The notes under the pieces: generated by a model | The model's database searches: none | The model's input: the letters and a program-made list of their open reading frames with translations, nothing else | Told to the model about the DNA's origin: nothing | Translations under genes and position numbers: made by a program | Part shown: piece by piece, positions 25,864-39,122 of the stretch | Numbering within the stretch: position 1 is the first letter of the stretch | How the letters are laid out: each line of letters opens with the position of its first letter | NCBI GenBank assembly: GCA_965153455.1 | Contig: OZ234493.1 | Span: 32,168,213-32,232,212, forward strand | Origin: Sphagnum compactum | Lineage: Eukaryota | Direction of reading: 5' to 3' | DNA: 64,000 nt

Positions 25864-27427
25864 CTCTCAAGACAACTTTCCATCTCTCCAACGTATTTGC
25901 TCCTTATACAAATCAAGCTCTTGGTTCTTGAAAACAACAATGTAACATTGGTAAGGTGATTCCGATGGTTTTTGGTATGTCCCTATAAACAAATAATTGA
26001 ACCCTAATCATAAACATAATAGTTTCAAAATAATGTTGCTTCCTTGGAATATTAAGAACCAACCTCTTCTATTGCTTTCTCCTGAGGTATCCCCAACTTT
26101 GCAATTGGGAAGTGTCACAACTAGAATTTTCTTCTTCGTGTTGCTCCTCGGAAATCTTTTAGAAGTCTTTTGGTTGTAAGTCATTTGCTTCACAACGTCA
26201 ATTACCTTTTCGTTTTTGTCCTCCAAACAAGAATTATGGGGTTCGAATGTTCCTTTGCTTGAAGGTATTGTTGCTTCAAAACCATTGTCTCCACTATCAT
26301 TCGACTCCTCTCCACTATTTTCTATATCAACTTTTTGCTCATAGACATCTCTCCAATGGCTTGGTCTTATAAAATTAAATGCAAATCATGTTTTTTCTTG
26401 CTCTTCAGGAATTGCTTTGCCATTAAACTTTCCCGTATTAGGTTTGAACCAAGCCTTATGTAGCTCTATAGACCTCTCAATTCCACGTTGATTTCATTGT
26501 TCAGTAATCTTTCTAGCTTGGGTGTTCCATTCACTTGCATGTTCATTATCTTTCCCAGAGCACTTATTCCATAAGTAGTGTTGTTGCTTGATTTTCTTCA
26601 ACTCCACCAACTTTTCAGGGGCTTCGTAAAGTATCCAAAGGCCATATCAGACTCTTTAATTCATTTAATGGACTCTTTAATATCCTAGTGATAACCTCTA
26701 TGTTTTTCCTTGTGGGGTCTAGGTTAGATGGTTGCAAATAACCTTCTTTATGACCTTTCTCTGTCAAGGCATAATTGGTAGGATATAATGATTTTCTTTT
26801 TTTAAGTTTAGCTTTATAACCACTACTTACCTTTCTCTCATTACTTCTTGATCTTTTTTTCTCTGTCCAAAAATACTCATCATCTATAATTTTAGGTATG
26901 GAATTTGTCCATGGTAGTTTTCTAGGTTTGGGTACAAGCCTAGATAAATTTTTAGGTACAACAACTAAGGTTCCACCCCGTTGGTACCTACTAGGGTATC
27001 TTTCGACATGGACATTGGCCACCATAATGTCGGTTGCCACATTTTTAGATGATATTCTTTAATTTATTGATGTTTATTCTTTCTATTTCATCATCATCGA
27101 AAGTAGTTAATTTGGCAGTGATACTACTAAAAGTTTTACGCACTTTATAGGGACCCTTCCAAGGTAGCTCAAATTTACCTCCCTTGATCTTAGTTGATTT
27201 GGGCATCCATAGGACTAAATCATCATCATAGTTGTTTTTGAATTTTCCTTTTTCATCCCAATTTTCCTTTCATAGTAACTGCATATGATTTCTGTTTTCA
27301 CCAGCATGCCAACATTCTTCATCCAATCAGATGCGATCTTCCATTCTTACATGGATGGCTTGATTAAAGCCTTTTCTAGGTACATCCCTGATTCTTTTAA
27401 TAGGGACCTTAAATTTAGCTAGCATAA

Positions 27428-30400
27428 CACTAGTAGACATCAGCCAAAATGTAATCACTCCATTTACGACTACATGCGACTTGTAGTCGTTTGCGACTAG
27501 ATTTGGGAACATTTGCAACTACAGGACCATATTTCAGCTATTTTTGTCATTCTTACAACTATGATGCAACTATTAAAATTTTCATCCTATTACAATTTTA
27601 CATTTATTTTCATCCATTAATAGGTTGATATGTCCCATTAGTCGCAATAATCACCAAATTAATTGCATCCTAAATGTATTCTACAATGACATAGGGGTGT
27701 ATTTTAATGTATGTACTAAATATATAAATAAATAAATAAATAAATAAAATTGTATACATATGAATATTGTTCATATAATGAATATAAAAATTAATATTTG
27801 AACTTTGAATTTTTTATTCATCTGAAAATTATTATTTCAATTGTTTAAAATAATATTTGAATTTCAAATTTTTGATTTGAATATGATGTTTTTAATTTAA
27901 ATTCAAAAAGGCTTATTTGACCTAAAAATTGATATTTGAATTCTAAATTAATTTTTTTGAATCCAAAAATTAGTATTTCAATTCAGAAAATTATTAATTG
28001 ATTATAAAAATGGACATTTAATTTAGAATATTTTTATATGAATATGAAAATTTATATTTCGACTCTAGAAATTATGAATTTAAAATTTAAATAATTATTT
28101 GATTTGAACCTGAAATTTCAATTCCAAACTATTATTTTGGAATCTCAAAATTAATACTTCAAGTCTGAAAAATTATTAATTGAGTCTAAAAATGGAAATT
28201 TCAATTTTGAATATTTCTATTTGAATCTAAAATTGACATTTCAATTCTGGAAATTGTTATTTAAATTCAAAAAACTTATTTGATCTAAAAATTGATATTT
28301 GAAATCTAAATTATTATTTTCCAATCTAAAAAATTAGTATTTCAATTCAAAAAACTTTATTGAGTCTAAAAATTGACATTTTGATTTAAAATATTTTTAT
28401 TTGGACTTGAAATTTGATATTTGAATTCTGAAGTTTAAAATTTCAATTTTAAGAAATTATTTGACTTGAAAGTTGAAATTTGAATTCCAAATTATTATTT
28501 TGGATTTTCGAAATTAATATTTCAATTCAGAAAATTGTTAATTGAGTCTTCAAATGGATATTTTAATTTTGAATATTATAATTTGAATCTGAAATTGAAA
28601 TTCCAATTTTGAAATTTGTTCTTTAACTTCAAAAAACTTATTTGATCTAAAAATTGATATTTGAATCCTGAAATATTATGTTGGAATCTTAAATGTATAT
28701 TTTAATTCAAAAAATTATTGATTGAATTTTAAGGTTTTTTTCTACTAGTGTTATCCATAATAAATCACTTTTATAAATAATTATAAATGATTATGTTTAT
28801 TAAATCTAAGTTACACTAAATAATGATTGTTATAATATATATTTGTATGTTATATAATTTATATTCTTATATTAGAATAAATAAATAAATAAAATTAATG
28901 TGACATTACTTTAAAATCATTGTAATTATTTGAGATAAGAATTAATTAATATGTGCATATTTATTTTTTAATTGAACATAATTATTCACATTATGTAATT
29001 TATAACTTCAAACCTGAATTAAAAATTTGAAAAAATTATAGTGTAGTTATAATAATTGTTTTATTGATTTTAATTTCACGAGTTATTGTATAATATATAT
29101 ACTTTTTAATTCTGTGATTAATCATCTATGATAAATATTTTATAGTAATTTTACAGTAATTATGAAAATTAATGTTATGTTTAACAAATTATTGTATTTA
29201 TAGTTAACAATTACCAAAAGAAAAAAATTACTTGACCTATAATATTTTTACAACAATAAATTTAATTATAAAAAAAGTAATGTAATTAGTTGAATAATAA
29301 TTTTTCAAAAATTTGTTACTTTCTAATAGAAATTGTTAATTCATTACTTATAATTTTAACATAAATATTTAAAATATTTTAACATTAATTATATTATACA
29401 TAATTTGATCAAATTCTAAAAAGTAATAAAATATTTTTAAATATTTTAGTTATTCATGAGTTATGTATTAATAACTTGTGAGTAACTAGATAGCTAGTGT
29501 GTTAAATATTAAGAAGTTATTACTTATTTAGGTAATTGATAATGAATATTGAATATTTGTAGTGTGTAATTTATAATTTAAATATATGTAAATTTAATCA
29601 TTATTAATTAAATGATTATCTAGTTATCTAGTACTTGAATTGTTTAGAAATCTAAAAATTAAGAAAGTAAGGCATGAAGAAAGTTTTGGAAGTAGAATTT
29701 AATTTGTATGGAAGTTGTAAGTTCAAAACTTATCCCATATTGTTGTGCTTCATTCCTATTTTGAACACTGTATAAACAAGGGGGTGTGGTCATCCAATTT
29801 CACATTAAGAAATTTGCACACATGGGATGAACTAATGAAAAAGCTCAACCTAAAACAAAAAAACAAATTATGCACATTTTAAAAATATTTACCTTCTCAA
29901 CCTACTTATCTACCTAGATAGGTAGGTACCTAGTTTGACCTACCCACCTAGGTTGACCTATGTATTTACCTACCTAAGTACTACCAAAATGAGTAGGTAT
30001 TTAACTTAGGAACGTAAAACCTACCTACCTATTTCAAACCTAAGAAGGTAGGTTGGTATGTAGCCTAGGTTTGTACGCACTTATTTATGTACCTACCTAG
30101 GTACCTACCAACCCAATATTAATATTTTATTAAATTATTTTTAATGCCACGTGGCATATTTACATTGGGCCACGTGTCATAATATAAGATCATCCAAGTA
30201 TTTGAATAGAACGTCCTAAATTATTTCAAAATAATAATAATTATTATATCTTAAATAATCAAATATTAAGACATGTGGCAGCACATCATTTGCGTTCAAT
30301 TGTGACCAAAATAGTTGCATCTTAGTTGCATGTGACAATACATACACAATGGAGTCAAAGGATAAATGTATTTGTTGACTTTTTTTTTCATACAATACTT

Positions 30401-30529
30401 GTCATTTGCGACTAGTTTATCACATGCGACTTGTCTTAGGCGACTAAAGGGATTTTAGTTACAAAATGTCTCTTGCGACTAAAATTTAGTCGCAAAGACT
30501 AGTCGAAAATACATGTTTTTCTTTTAATG
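27428..30529. mobile_element. Non-autonomous CACTA element inserted in the gypsy integrase
   Basis: Starts CACTAG and ends TAATG (degenerate TAGTG), with a 3-bp TSD TAA at 27425-27427 and 30530-30532 and TTGCGACTA subterminal repeats. Removing it restores the integrase frame ...YGTQPI-MLAKFKVP.... Confidence 0.9.
27780..28735. repeat. AT-rich tandem array inside the CACTA element (~20-bp subunits, ~362-bp higher-order period)
   Basis: TTGA(C/T)CTAAAAATTGATATTTGAA recurs near 27917, 28280 and 28642. Confidence 0.8.
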
Positions 30530-33500
30530 TAATGGGTTGAGTGCCATAAACCAATTCAAAAGGTGTAAATTGTGTAGTCACTTTGTATGATGTTCACTAT
30601 GCCCATGTGTTGTAAAAAGCATAACGTCCTAGTCATTGTGATTAACATTAATTGGTTTGGCCAAAATCTTTCCCAAAGCTTTATTAGTCGACTTAGCTTG
30701 ACCATTTCCTTGGGGATAGTAGGTGGTTGACTTGTGATGTACAATCATGAATTCTGCCACTAATACTTCAATCGTTTTGTTAATAAAATGGCTTCCTTGA
30801 TCATTAATAAAGTGGGTGGGACACCCAAACCTAGTTATGATGTTTTCATAAATGACCTTAACAATGATTTTTGTTATGTTATCCCTAAGTGCCCTAGCCT
30901 CCACCCACTTAATGGTGTAGTTAGTGGTTACAATAATATTTTGATTACCAATAATCTTAGTTGTGGGTTTAATAGGTCCCATAAAGTTTAAACCCCACTT
31001 CATAAAGGGTTCATATGCCATAACTGGTTTGAGTGGTCCCTTGCCACTTCACCACATAGGTTCTAGTCGTTGATAGATGTCACACCTTTGACACAAGTTG
31101 GCACATCTTTGTGAATAGTCAGCCACCAGTAGCATGTCGACATGATTTTCTTCACTATTATATTGCTATTATAGTGACCTCTAGTCGGTCCTTCATGGAA
31201 CTCTTCCAAAGGCTTCAATGGGTGTTAAACACTGCCTCAACATTCCATCAGGTCCTAATTTGTGCAAATGGCCATCACATAATGTATATGGCCTTGCCTT
31301 AATCACCAATTGGCTTCGTTCCTCTTTGGGCATATCGTTGTTGAAATAACCTTTCTTGAAATTATCAATTATTTGTCCATACTAATCAATTTCTAGGCCA
31401 AATAGTTGGGCATCAAGTAATTGATCTTCAACTCCAATGGCTAGCTCTCCATGATTAATTATGAATAATTGGTCAAGTAAGAAATGCACTTGTCCTAGTT
31501 TGAATATCACTTTAAAATCAAATTCTTGTAGTAGTAATAGCCATCTAGCAATTTGACCAATGATTATTGGTTTGTTGACCAAATATAATAGAGCTTGGTG
31601 GTCCATGAAAAATATGAAACTATTTCTTAGAAGATAATGCTTGAATTTCTTCATAGCATAAATCATTGCTAATGCTTATTGTTCATCATAATGTCGATAA
31701 AAGCCAACTATTCCTAGGAATTGTTGGTAGGTGCTGACATAACGATAATTGCTGTAATCTTTTGTGGATCTACTAGCAAACTGTCATGACACACTATGTA
31801 TCCAAATAGTATTCCCAAATTTACACAAAATGCACATTTTTCAGGGTAAAGCTAATGCCATTTAGCGTACATTCTTCTAAACATTTTTGTAATTGTTCTA
31901 GATGATATTTCTTATCTCCATATACACAAAAATCATCTAAAAATACTTGCATAAATTTTTTTAGATATGGTTTAAACATTTTTGTTACTACTTTTTAGAA
32001 AGTAATAAGGGTGTTACATAACCCAAAAGGCATAACGGTGTAGGCAAAAGCGCCCCATTCTAAAATGAATGTTGTTTTGTCTTTGTTTTATTCTGCCATT
32101 TTAACTTGGCTATAACCATTGTAACCATACATAAAGGAATACATCTCATGTCCAATTATTGAATTTAAAATTGAATCCAAAAAGGGTAAGGGAAATTGAT
32201 CCTTTTTTGTTTGAGCATTTAAATTTATGATAATCCACACATATTCGTAATTTCCCATTTTTCTTTAGTACTATTACCAAAGGAGACAACCATTGTGTAG
32301 TTTCAATGGGATAGATAAATCCAATATAAAGTACCTTATCCAAATCTTCTCTTACTTTTAATGCATAATTTGGATTCATTCTATATTTTTTTTGCTTAAT
32401 TGGTTGGGCATCAGCCACTAATTCAATTTTGTGTTCACAAATTTCCCTGGGTATTCCTTTCAAATCTTTATAACTCCAGGCAAAAACATCATGGTAATTA
32501 ATCAATAACTCTTTAATTTGTGCTTGAAAAGATGTTGGTAAGATTGCATTAATGAGTACCTCCTTAAGATCCCCTTCATTTCCTAAGTTTAATTTCATCA
32601 ACTGCTCCTTAGTTGTGACTGTCCATCCTACAATCTTCTTATCTATAACTATCACATTGGCAGCTTCATCCAATATCAAAACTTCTCTAGGTTGATGTTT
32701 ATAAAAATAAACTAGATATTTTGGTTTTTCTTCTGGTTGAAACATACCATAGTCAATTTCTTTCAAAAAATATAACTCTTCTGGTGCCACTTTTCCTACA
32801 GGCCATAACTCAGGCACCGCATTATAGATTTATTCCTCCTCTTCATTCGATAATCCCTCTTCCCAATCATAACCATCAACAACATATTTTGGTCTTTTTG
32901 ATGGTTTTAAGGGAATTTTTTAAATTGTACTCACTACCATTATCCTTTCTCTTGCAGTGATGGTAAGGGTACTATCACCCCAATTATGATTTGCCTTTGC
33001 ATGTATCAACCAAGGTCTTCCCAAAAACCTTGAATAAATTTCCTTTTCATTCCCCATATTCAACACTATAACAGAGATTTTGTACTCACATCCAACCAAA
33101 TCGATTTTCAAGTTCCTCATTAACCCAACGGGTTGCACTTTTATCTGGTTAGCCATCCTAACTACAAAAGGAGTCGGCTTGGGTTTTCTCAACCTAAATT
33201 TCTTCCTCAAACTTTCAAAGATAATATTCACATTGGATTTGTCATCTAGTAATACATTTCTCACTCCGAATTTCCCTATATGAACTTGAACAATAGTATG
33301 GCTTCATCAAAATCTTCTACTTTAGTTATTATGACTTTATAGACATTAGGAATCTGGGCTTCTCCCATCTTCAACAATGACTTTGTCATCATCTTTCTTA
33401 ACTGAAGACACATTTCCAATAATTGTCCTAATTTCACCTCTATTTTGAATTCATCATGAATTCTTGTAATTTACCACTTCCTTTCTCCATGTGCTCATCA

Positions 33501-35854
33501 TTCATCTTCTGTGGCAACACATTCTGCTTTGCCATTGGACTACTTTTCTGACAAGTTGATTATTCCTTGTCCAAGATCATATCCATCTCATCCACTTCAT
33601 TAGCAATTGGCTTGTCAATACTCATTGTCAACTTGCCACTAACACCCGCCAACTCACTCTTGTTCTTTAACAAATTCAAATCTTTTAATGACACATCTTT
33701 TTGTGTCAACATGTACATCACTTCCTTTAGCTACTTTAGCTGACTTCTTATCATCCTTCATCAAATTCACTTGACATGTTGACTGCAAGAATCCCTTTCT
33801 GTTCAACCTTTTCGGTTGAGTAATTGATTTGGCTGGTTCCAAATCAAAGGGAACATCCTTACACATTTCTAGTGGTCTATTTTTCACTTCTTGTATTCTT
33901 CATAGTTCATTAACTACATCCTTGTGAATCGATTTCTCCTTTTCCCATTTAATTCGTTGTCCTTTAGTGGGATTAACTTCTTTTTCTAGAAGTTTTTCAA
34001 TAGGCATATTGGCCTCTGGCATCCCCGTTCTGTGTCTTTCTGTGGTCACACACACATCCACTATTGGCTAGTCCCTTTTCACCATAGCCACATTCACTCC
34101 AACTTTCAATTTGGAATTCTCCTCTTCCTCAATAACTTTCTTCCATACATGATAGTCATTCTTGACATGACCTTCCTTCCAACAACAATAACATCTGACA
34201 AAATCTAGGATTTTGATTATATCTTTGTTGGTTATATCTGTTATTCCAAGTTGACTGATTATTATTTTTCCAATTATGACCATTGGGTCTTGCATTTTAT
34301 TGTTAATTATTATATTGATTTTGATCATTTGGTACACTATAATTTGACAATTGTTTTTGCTTTTGTACAATTGGTATCTCTGCTTGTATTACATGCATTG
34401 GTATAATTTCTCTCGAGGGATAATTTCCACTCACTACTATACTAAGACACTGATCCGTATTATGATCACTAACCTTATAGATTTGACAAAATTTCATTAA
34501 TAGTTTGCATTCCTTTGTGAAATGACCTTCATTAAAACAATTTTGACAATACACACCTTCCCTTATTGTGTCAATATTCACTTTTTTAGATTCCTTTTTA
34601 ATCTTCCTTTTGTAGTGTTCATCTTCATCATCATTGTCTTCAAATTCATCACTATTAAAATTGTTTGGACGATATTTTGCCATACTTTTCTATTTCACAT
34701 GTAGCTATTCTTTTATCAAATTTGTAGATTTAGCCATTTCTACTAATGTTTTTCTTAGCATATTGATGATAATCATCTTCACTTTAGTTCGTAATCCTTC
34801 TCTGAAGGCTTCTCTCAAGTAAATATCGTCCGGTTGTTGAGGAATTACCACACAGAGTCGGAGGAATTGATCATAATAGTCCTTCATCACATACTTCTTT
34901 TGTTTTGCATATTGTAAAGTGGCAGTTGCTTGCCCTTCATTTCTTATTTCACTAAATCGAGTTATAAAGGCATGTTGAACCTTTACCCATGTTGTCATTA
35001 AATGATCAGTCTCATATTTTCCAAACTAGTCGACAACTCTTCCCCTTAAGGAATTTGGAAAATATTATAGTTTGTGGCAGTTTGTATTTTCTCCATTAGT
35101 TACACATACCTTTGTCAACTGTTGAATGTGTAAAATTGGATCTCCGTTATCATTAGATTTAGGTAATTGTATTTGCAATGCATTTGCAGGGGGCACCGCC
35201 ATGATGGGTGGAATGTTCATTATCAATCAGCAATAGTTAGTGTTAACTTCAAAGAAATATCAATCTTGATGCGTTCAAGGTTTTGGAGGAGTAGTTTGAA
35301 TATTTCTCTTCCAAAAACTTCATTAGTAATGTTGCTATGCTGGCTTCTTCTATTGCATCTTCTTTCGACCATTTTCTTAATATACGCAACCATCTTTCTT
35401 CCATGAACTAATCGAGCATTCTGAAAACATTAACTATACCCTTTGGAGTTCTCAGGGATGCATCAACATTCCTTTCATCACCTTCTTCTTGCGCTTCATT
35501 TAGTGTTTTTGTTTCAGTAGATTGCTAAATGTTTTCACTGGGTGAATCGATTATTTTTTTGGTCGTCATTTGCGCTATGGTCACTTCTATTTTTTCCTCA
35601 ATAGAATCAAGTACCTGATAACTAGTAGAAGGACTAAAAATAGTTCTCAACCCCTTCCATTAAAAAGATTTCTCTACTTGAGCAGCTATTTTTTAAGATT
35701 TTTCTGCTTGAACAAGTATTTCTTTTGCTTCTTCACGATTCTACCTTCTCCATTCTCTTAGTTTATTTTGTTTTTCTACTTCTCTACTTTTATCCACTCA
35801 TAAGTTCCTAAATTTTTTTATTTTCTTATTATTGACATGTTTTCTTTCTTTTTT

Positions 35855-36718
35855 TTAATTTTTCTGGTATGGATCCAAAATCATCATTGTGGACAAGAAT
35901 TCTTTTGACTCAATTTCTTCTGGACAATACTCCTCATTCCTTCTCAATTTCATTGCATACTTAGATCCTAAAAATCTTAGTGTCCATGACAAATCACATG
36001 GTATCCATTTCTCTACTAGAGCATTAATATTCAGTTTTGTAAATTCTTTTCTATCATGAAATTTAATAATGTGATAGGTTGCAGCAACTTTTTTAATTGG
36101 AATTAGCGTCAATAAACACACTATTACTGGTAGCCATCTTCGATACTTTGTTAATTGTGTAGTATTGATTATTAGTGTTTGTAGTTGTATACACCACACT
36201 TCTGTTCCCCCATGTAGTTTCTTGATTATCAATTCTTAAACATTTTCAAGTAATGTTTTAAATTTTTCAACAAATGTTGCCCATTTATTAGGTTTTGGAT
36301 TTCTTCTTGGTGTATACAAATAATTTAGAAAATTCCAACCATATCTACTATGAAATTTTAATATTTCTTCCCCTTCATGAATTGTTATAGTTTCTTTGAA
36401 CCATTCACAGTTCCCTCTCTTAACAGCCATCATATTCTACCATTTTTCATGCCATCCTTGATATACATTGTTGTAGTAATCAAAGAAAATAATGGACTTA
36501 ACCATATCTTGTTCATAATACGTGAACAAATTAGGAAAAGCTATGACATGCTCAGCACCCATAATAGTCATTTTAATTGTTCTATTTTCTTCTTTTCCCA
36601 CTTTATATACTCCCAACAATTCTATAAATTCACAAGGTAAAATTATATAAAGTACGTGGATTATACAGAATCCCAAATACAACTCATATACTTCAACTAT
36701 TCCTTTTTCATCTTCCAT
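35855..36718 (-). pseudogene. Extra ORF of unknown function between the gypsy PBS and gag, with two in-frame stops
   Basis: ORF-track pieces 36437-36718, 36236-36433 and 35855-36232 are all in one frame and separated only by single stop codons. Confidence 0.7.
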
Positions 36719-36785
36719 TAGTTTGATTGCACAAGGAAGGATTACATAACCTTCTTCTTCGGTTTCTCCAACAACAAATTGAATT

Positions 36786-36806
36786 GATTCCCCAGCATGT
36801 TCACCA
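36786..36806 (-). other. Primer-binding site of the gypsy element (tRNA-Ala-like)
   Basis: TGGTGAACATGCTGGGGAATC begins 2 nt after the LTR CA. It resembles the complement of a tRNA-Ala 3' end; the tRNA identity is inferred from memory. Confidence 0.65.
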
Positions 36807-36808
36807 AA

Positions 36809-37219
36809 TGTTAGCGATACATTTTTGTACCACTATAGATTCTTGTATTCAATTAACATAAATACCACGTAAAAATAGTAACTAGAACATCTAAATTATT
36901 GTTGGAGAATTTCTTATTAATGTTGAAGAACTACATTTTACCATTTTGCCATTATCAAATTAAGATTATGAACAACAATTGGTAAAATACTCAAACTTCA
37001 TAACATCAAACATACATGCCAAGCTTATTTCATAGAGTAGTCTTTTCATTAAAAAAACCACTATCATTGTTTTATAATAATCCCCATCATCCCTTCCCTA
37101 AGTCTTTTGTGACAACTGTACCACTATACCGATATGCCTTCTGGCAGTTACAAAAAAACGTTGTAACCGTTTCACGTCATATCGATAGGCAATTAGCCTG
37201 TTTGTTTGTCATGTTGACA
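36809..37219 (-). repeat. 5' LTR of the gypsy element (~411 bp)
   Basis: Minus strand TGTCAAC...GCTAACA, immediately followed by the PBS. The outer boundary cannot be confirmed without a second LTR. Confidence 0.65.
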
Positions 37220-38689
37220 CAGTGAACTTACTATTTATTACCACTATTTATTTGTCATATCATCATAGTGGATTTCAACATTCTATGGTTTGACATTTCC
37301 CAAAAGAGACTTGGTTAAATCGGTCTTGTATTTCTACTCTTTGCCGACACGCTTAAGTATCTCCCTTACATAAACTAAGTTCTCGCAATTTTATTGTAAA
37401 ATTATTTTGAGAAAAACTTGGAAATATGTGCTTTTTTGAAAGGAAAAATTTGTCTGATTTGCAATATTAAAGATTTAAGAAAACATTGCTCTACAAAGTA
37501 CAATAATCATGACCAAAAGGAAAAATAAAAGATAAAAAAAAAATCAAAATCAAAGTGATTTGAAACCCATAAGGTTGAATTGAAGGTTTGAGTTATTGTT
37601 AGGCATTATTTTTTTAGGCTCATAGTGCAGCCCATGCCATTGGCCCAAGCGTGAATTTGTTACACAACTAATTGAATTTAAATTTTGAGTTTTTATTGAA
37701 TTTCGCAAACAAAGATTTATACTTCAATATCTCTTTGCATCTTAGGTCTAAAATGACCAAATCAACTCCATAAAATGGACCTACTCATTGCGCACTTTTC
37801 AACAGTACCAAAAGTGCACTGCAATTTCCCTGTGCAATATTTTACTTTATGATTTTTATTAAAATTTCAATAACAAAATTATGAATAGAATTTCAGATGA
37901 TGTGTGTGATCACTGAAACCCAAATTATATAGAAAATTAGAAAACCTCTAAAAGCTGCATATTATCTGGACACATCTCAATCTCTATGAGCTCCACATAT
38001 AGCAGCAAGCTCAAGATCTTTGATTTCGCCTCAAATTCTTTGAATGTTAATGCATGAGAGTATAGTATTTGAATGTCGAAGCTGCATATGAATTGTGATA
38101 ACTTTGCATTGTAAGCTCATGACAAAATGTTATATGAAGTGGCGAATGTTGGGTTATGCTGTTTTAGAGCCTGTGATATATATACACCCTTGAGAGGAAT
38201 TCCTTCTATCAGAAATGGCATGATCTCTATAACTAGTAGGAGAGTATATATGAGTCAATCCTCGATATGTGCTGTTATGGGTCTGTTCTGTTTTTGCAGA
38301 GTTTTGAATGTGCATTTTTGTTTTACTTCCATTTCCTTCTTGTACTCAGTTCTTTTGTATTGCATCATCTGTTGTAGTGATTATATTGTAACTTCTGATA
38401 TGCTATATTAGCCCAACTTTTTTGTGATTTTTGCAAACCTATCTAATATGCAATGTTGATAAGCATTATATGAAGAATTGTCAGGTCCTGTTTTAGAATT
38501 TTTTTTGGAATTTTTTTTTTAGCATTGGTTTTGGGTCTAGTAAACAAATCTCAGAAACTAGAACCCATCAATTTTGGGGCTGTGTCAAGTTTCTAGACCA
38601 TTGGTTCCCCAATTTGATGGTTCTAAGCTTTACAAGACTTTGTCGGTTCCAGGTCCAAGGCCAGTTCTAAGTCTTAGGGTTTCAAAACT

Positions 38690-39122
38690 TAGACCTACGA
38701 CCCTATCTGGATCTTACCTAAAACCTTACCTAGACCTTACTTAAAACCCTACCTAGACCTTACCTTAAATCCTGCTTAGACCTTACGTGAAACCCTACAT
38801 TTCTAATAACATAATAATAATCGAAAAGAATAATAAAAAGAAAGAAACTTAATCATAAAGAAGAAAATTAAAAAAAAAGAAAATAAAAAATGCAACAAAA
38901 GGAATTTGGCAGCCCCCGTCCTAATATTTCAAAATTTTGGCATTCAAGTTTAACTAAACAAGAAGCAGATTGTCCTTTGAAAAAAAATTGATGACCTAGT
39001 GGTTTAGGACAATCCTCTTTATGAAGGACCTTGGGAGTTCAAACTTGGGGAATTTGCACTCTCTTTTGGTCTAGGGTCTTAAGCAAGGGTCTAGGGTCTA
39101 GGTAGGGGTCTAGGTAGGGGTG
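38690..39122. repeat. Foldback-like segment: ACCTAGACC repeats facing GGTCTAGGT repeats
   Basis: CCTACCTAGACC-type units at 38690-38800 are reverse complements of GGTCTAGGTAGG units at 39068-39120. Confidence 0.55.

Larger units (their letters stand above)
21320..25921 (-). mobile_element. Ty1/copia LTR retrotransposon, decayed, lacking its 5' LTR
   Basis: Domain order gag (25863, IEKLDKNNFQVWK), zinc knuckle, protease (WYVDSGASNHMT), integrase (HSDVW, LRSDGGGEY, PQQNGVA), RT ([26 protein letters not shown]), RNase H (DNISSI, ARTKHIEVHYHFIRE, DQVADIFTKAL), then PPT GAGGGGGGG and a 3' LTR. Confidence 0.95.
25922..37219 (-). mobile_element. Ty3/gypsy LTR retrotransposon, decayed, lacking its 3' LTR and interrupted by a CACTA element
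   Basis: 5' LTR and PBS, extra ORF, gag (~35200-34070; WVKVQHAFITRF, knuckles CQNCFNEGHFTKEC and CYCCWKEGHVKND), protease (NVLLDDKSNVNII), RT (WLSPLVIVLKKNGKLRICVDY), RNase H (KFKHYLL..DHQALLYL..ARWLLLLQEFDF), integrase (FMKWGLNFMGPI, INDQGSHF, YYPQGNGQA; WKGPYKV at ~27140-27160). RT-RH-INT order defines gypsy. Confidence 0.92.
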
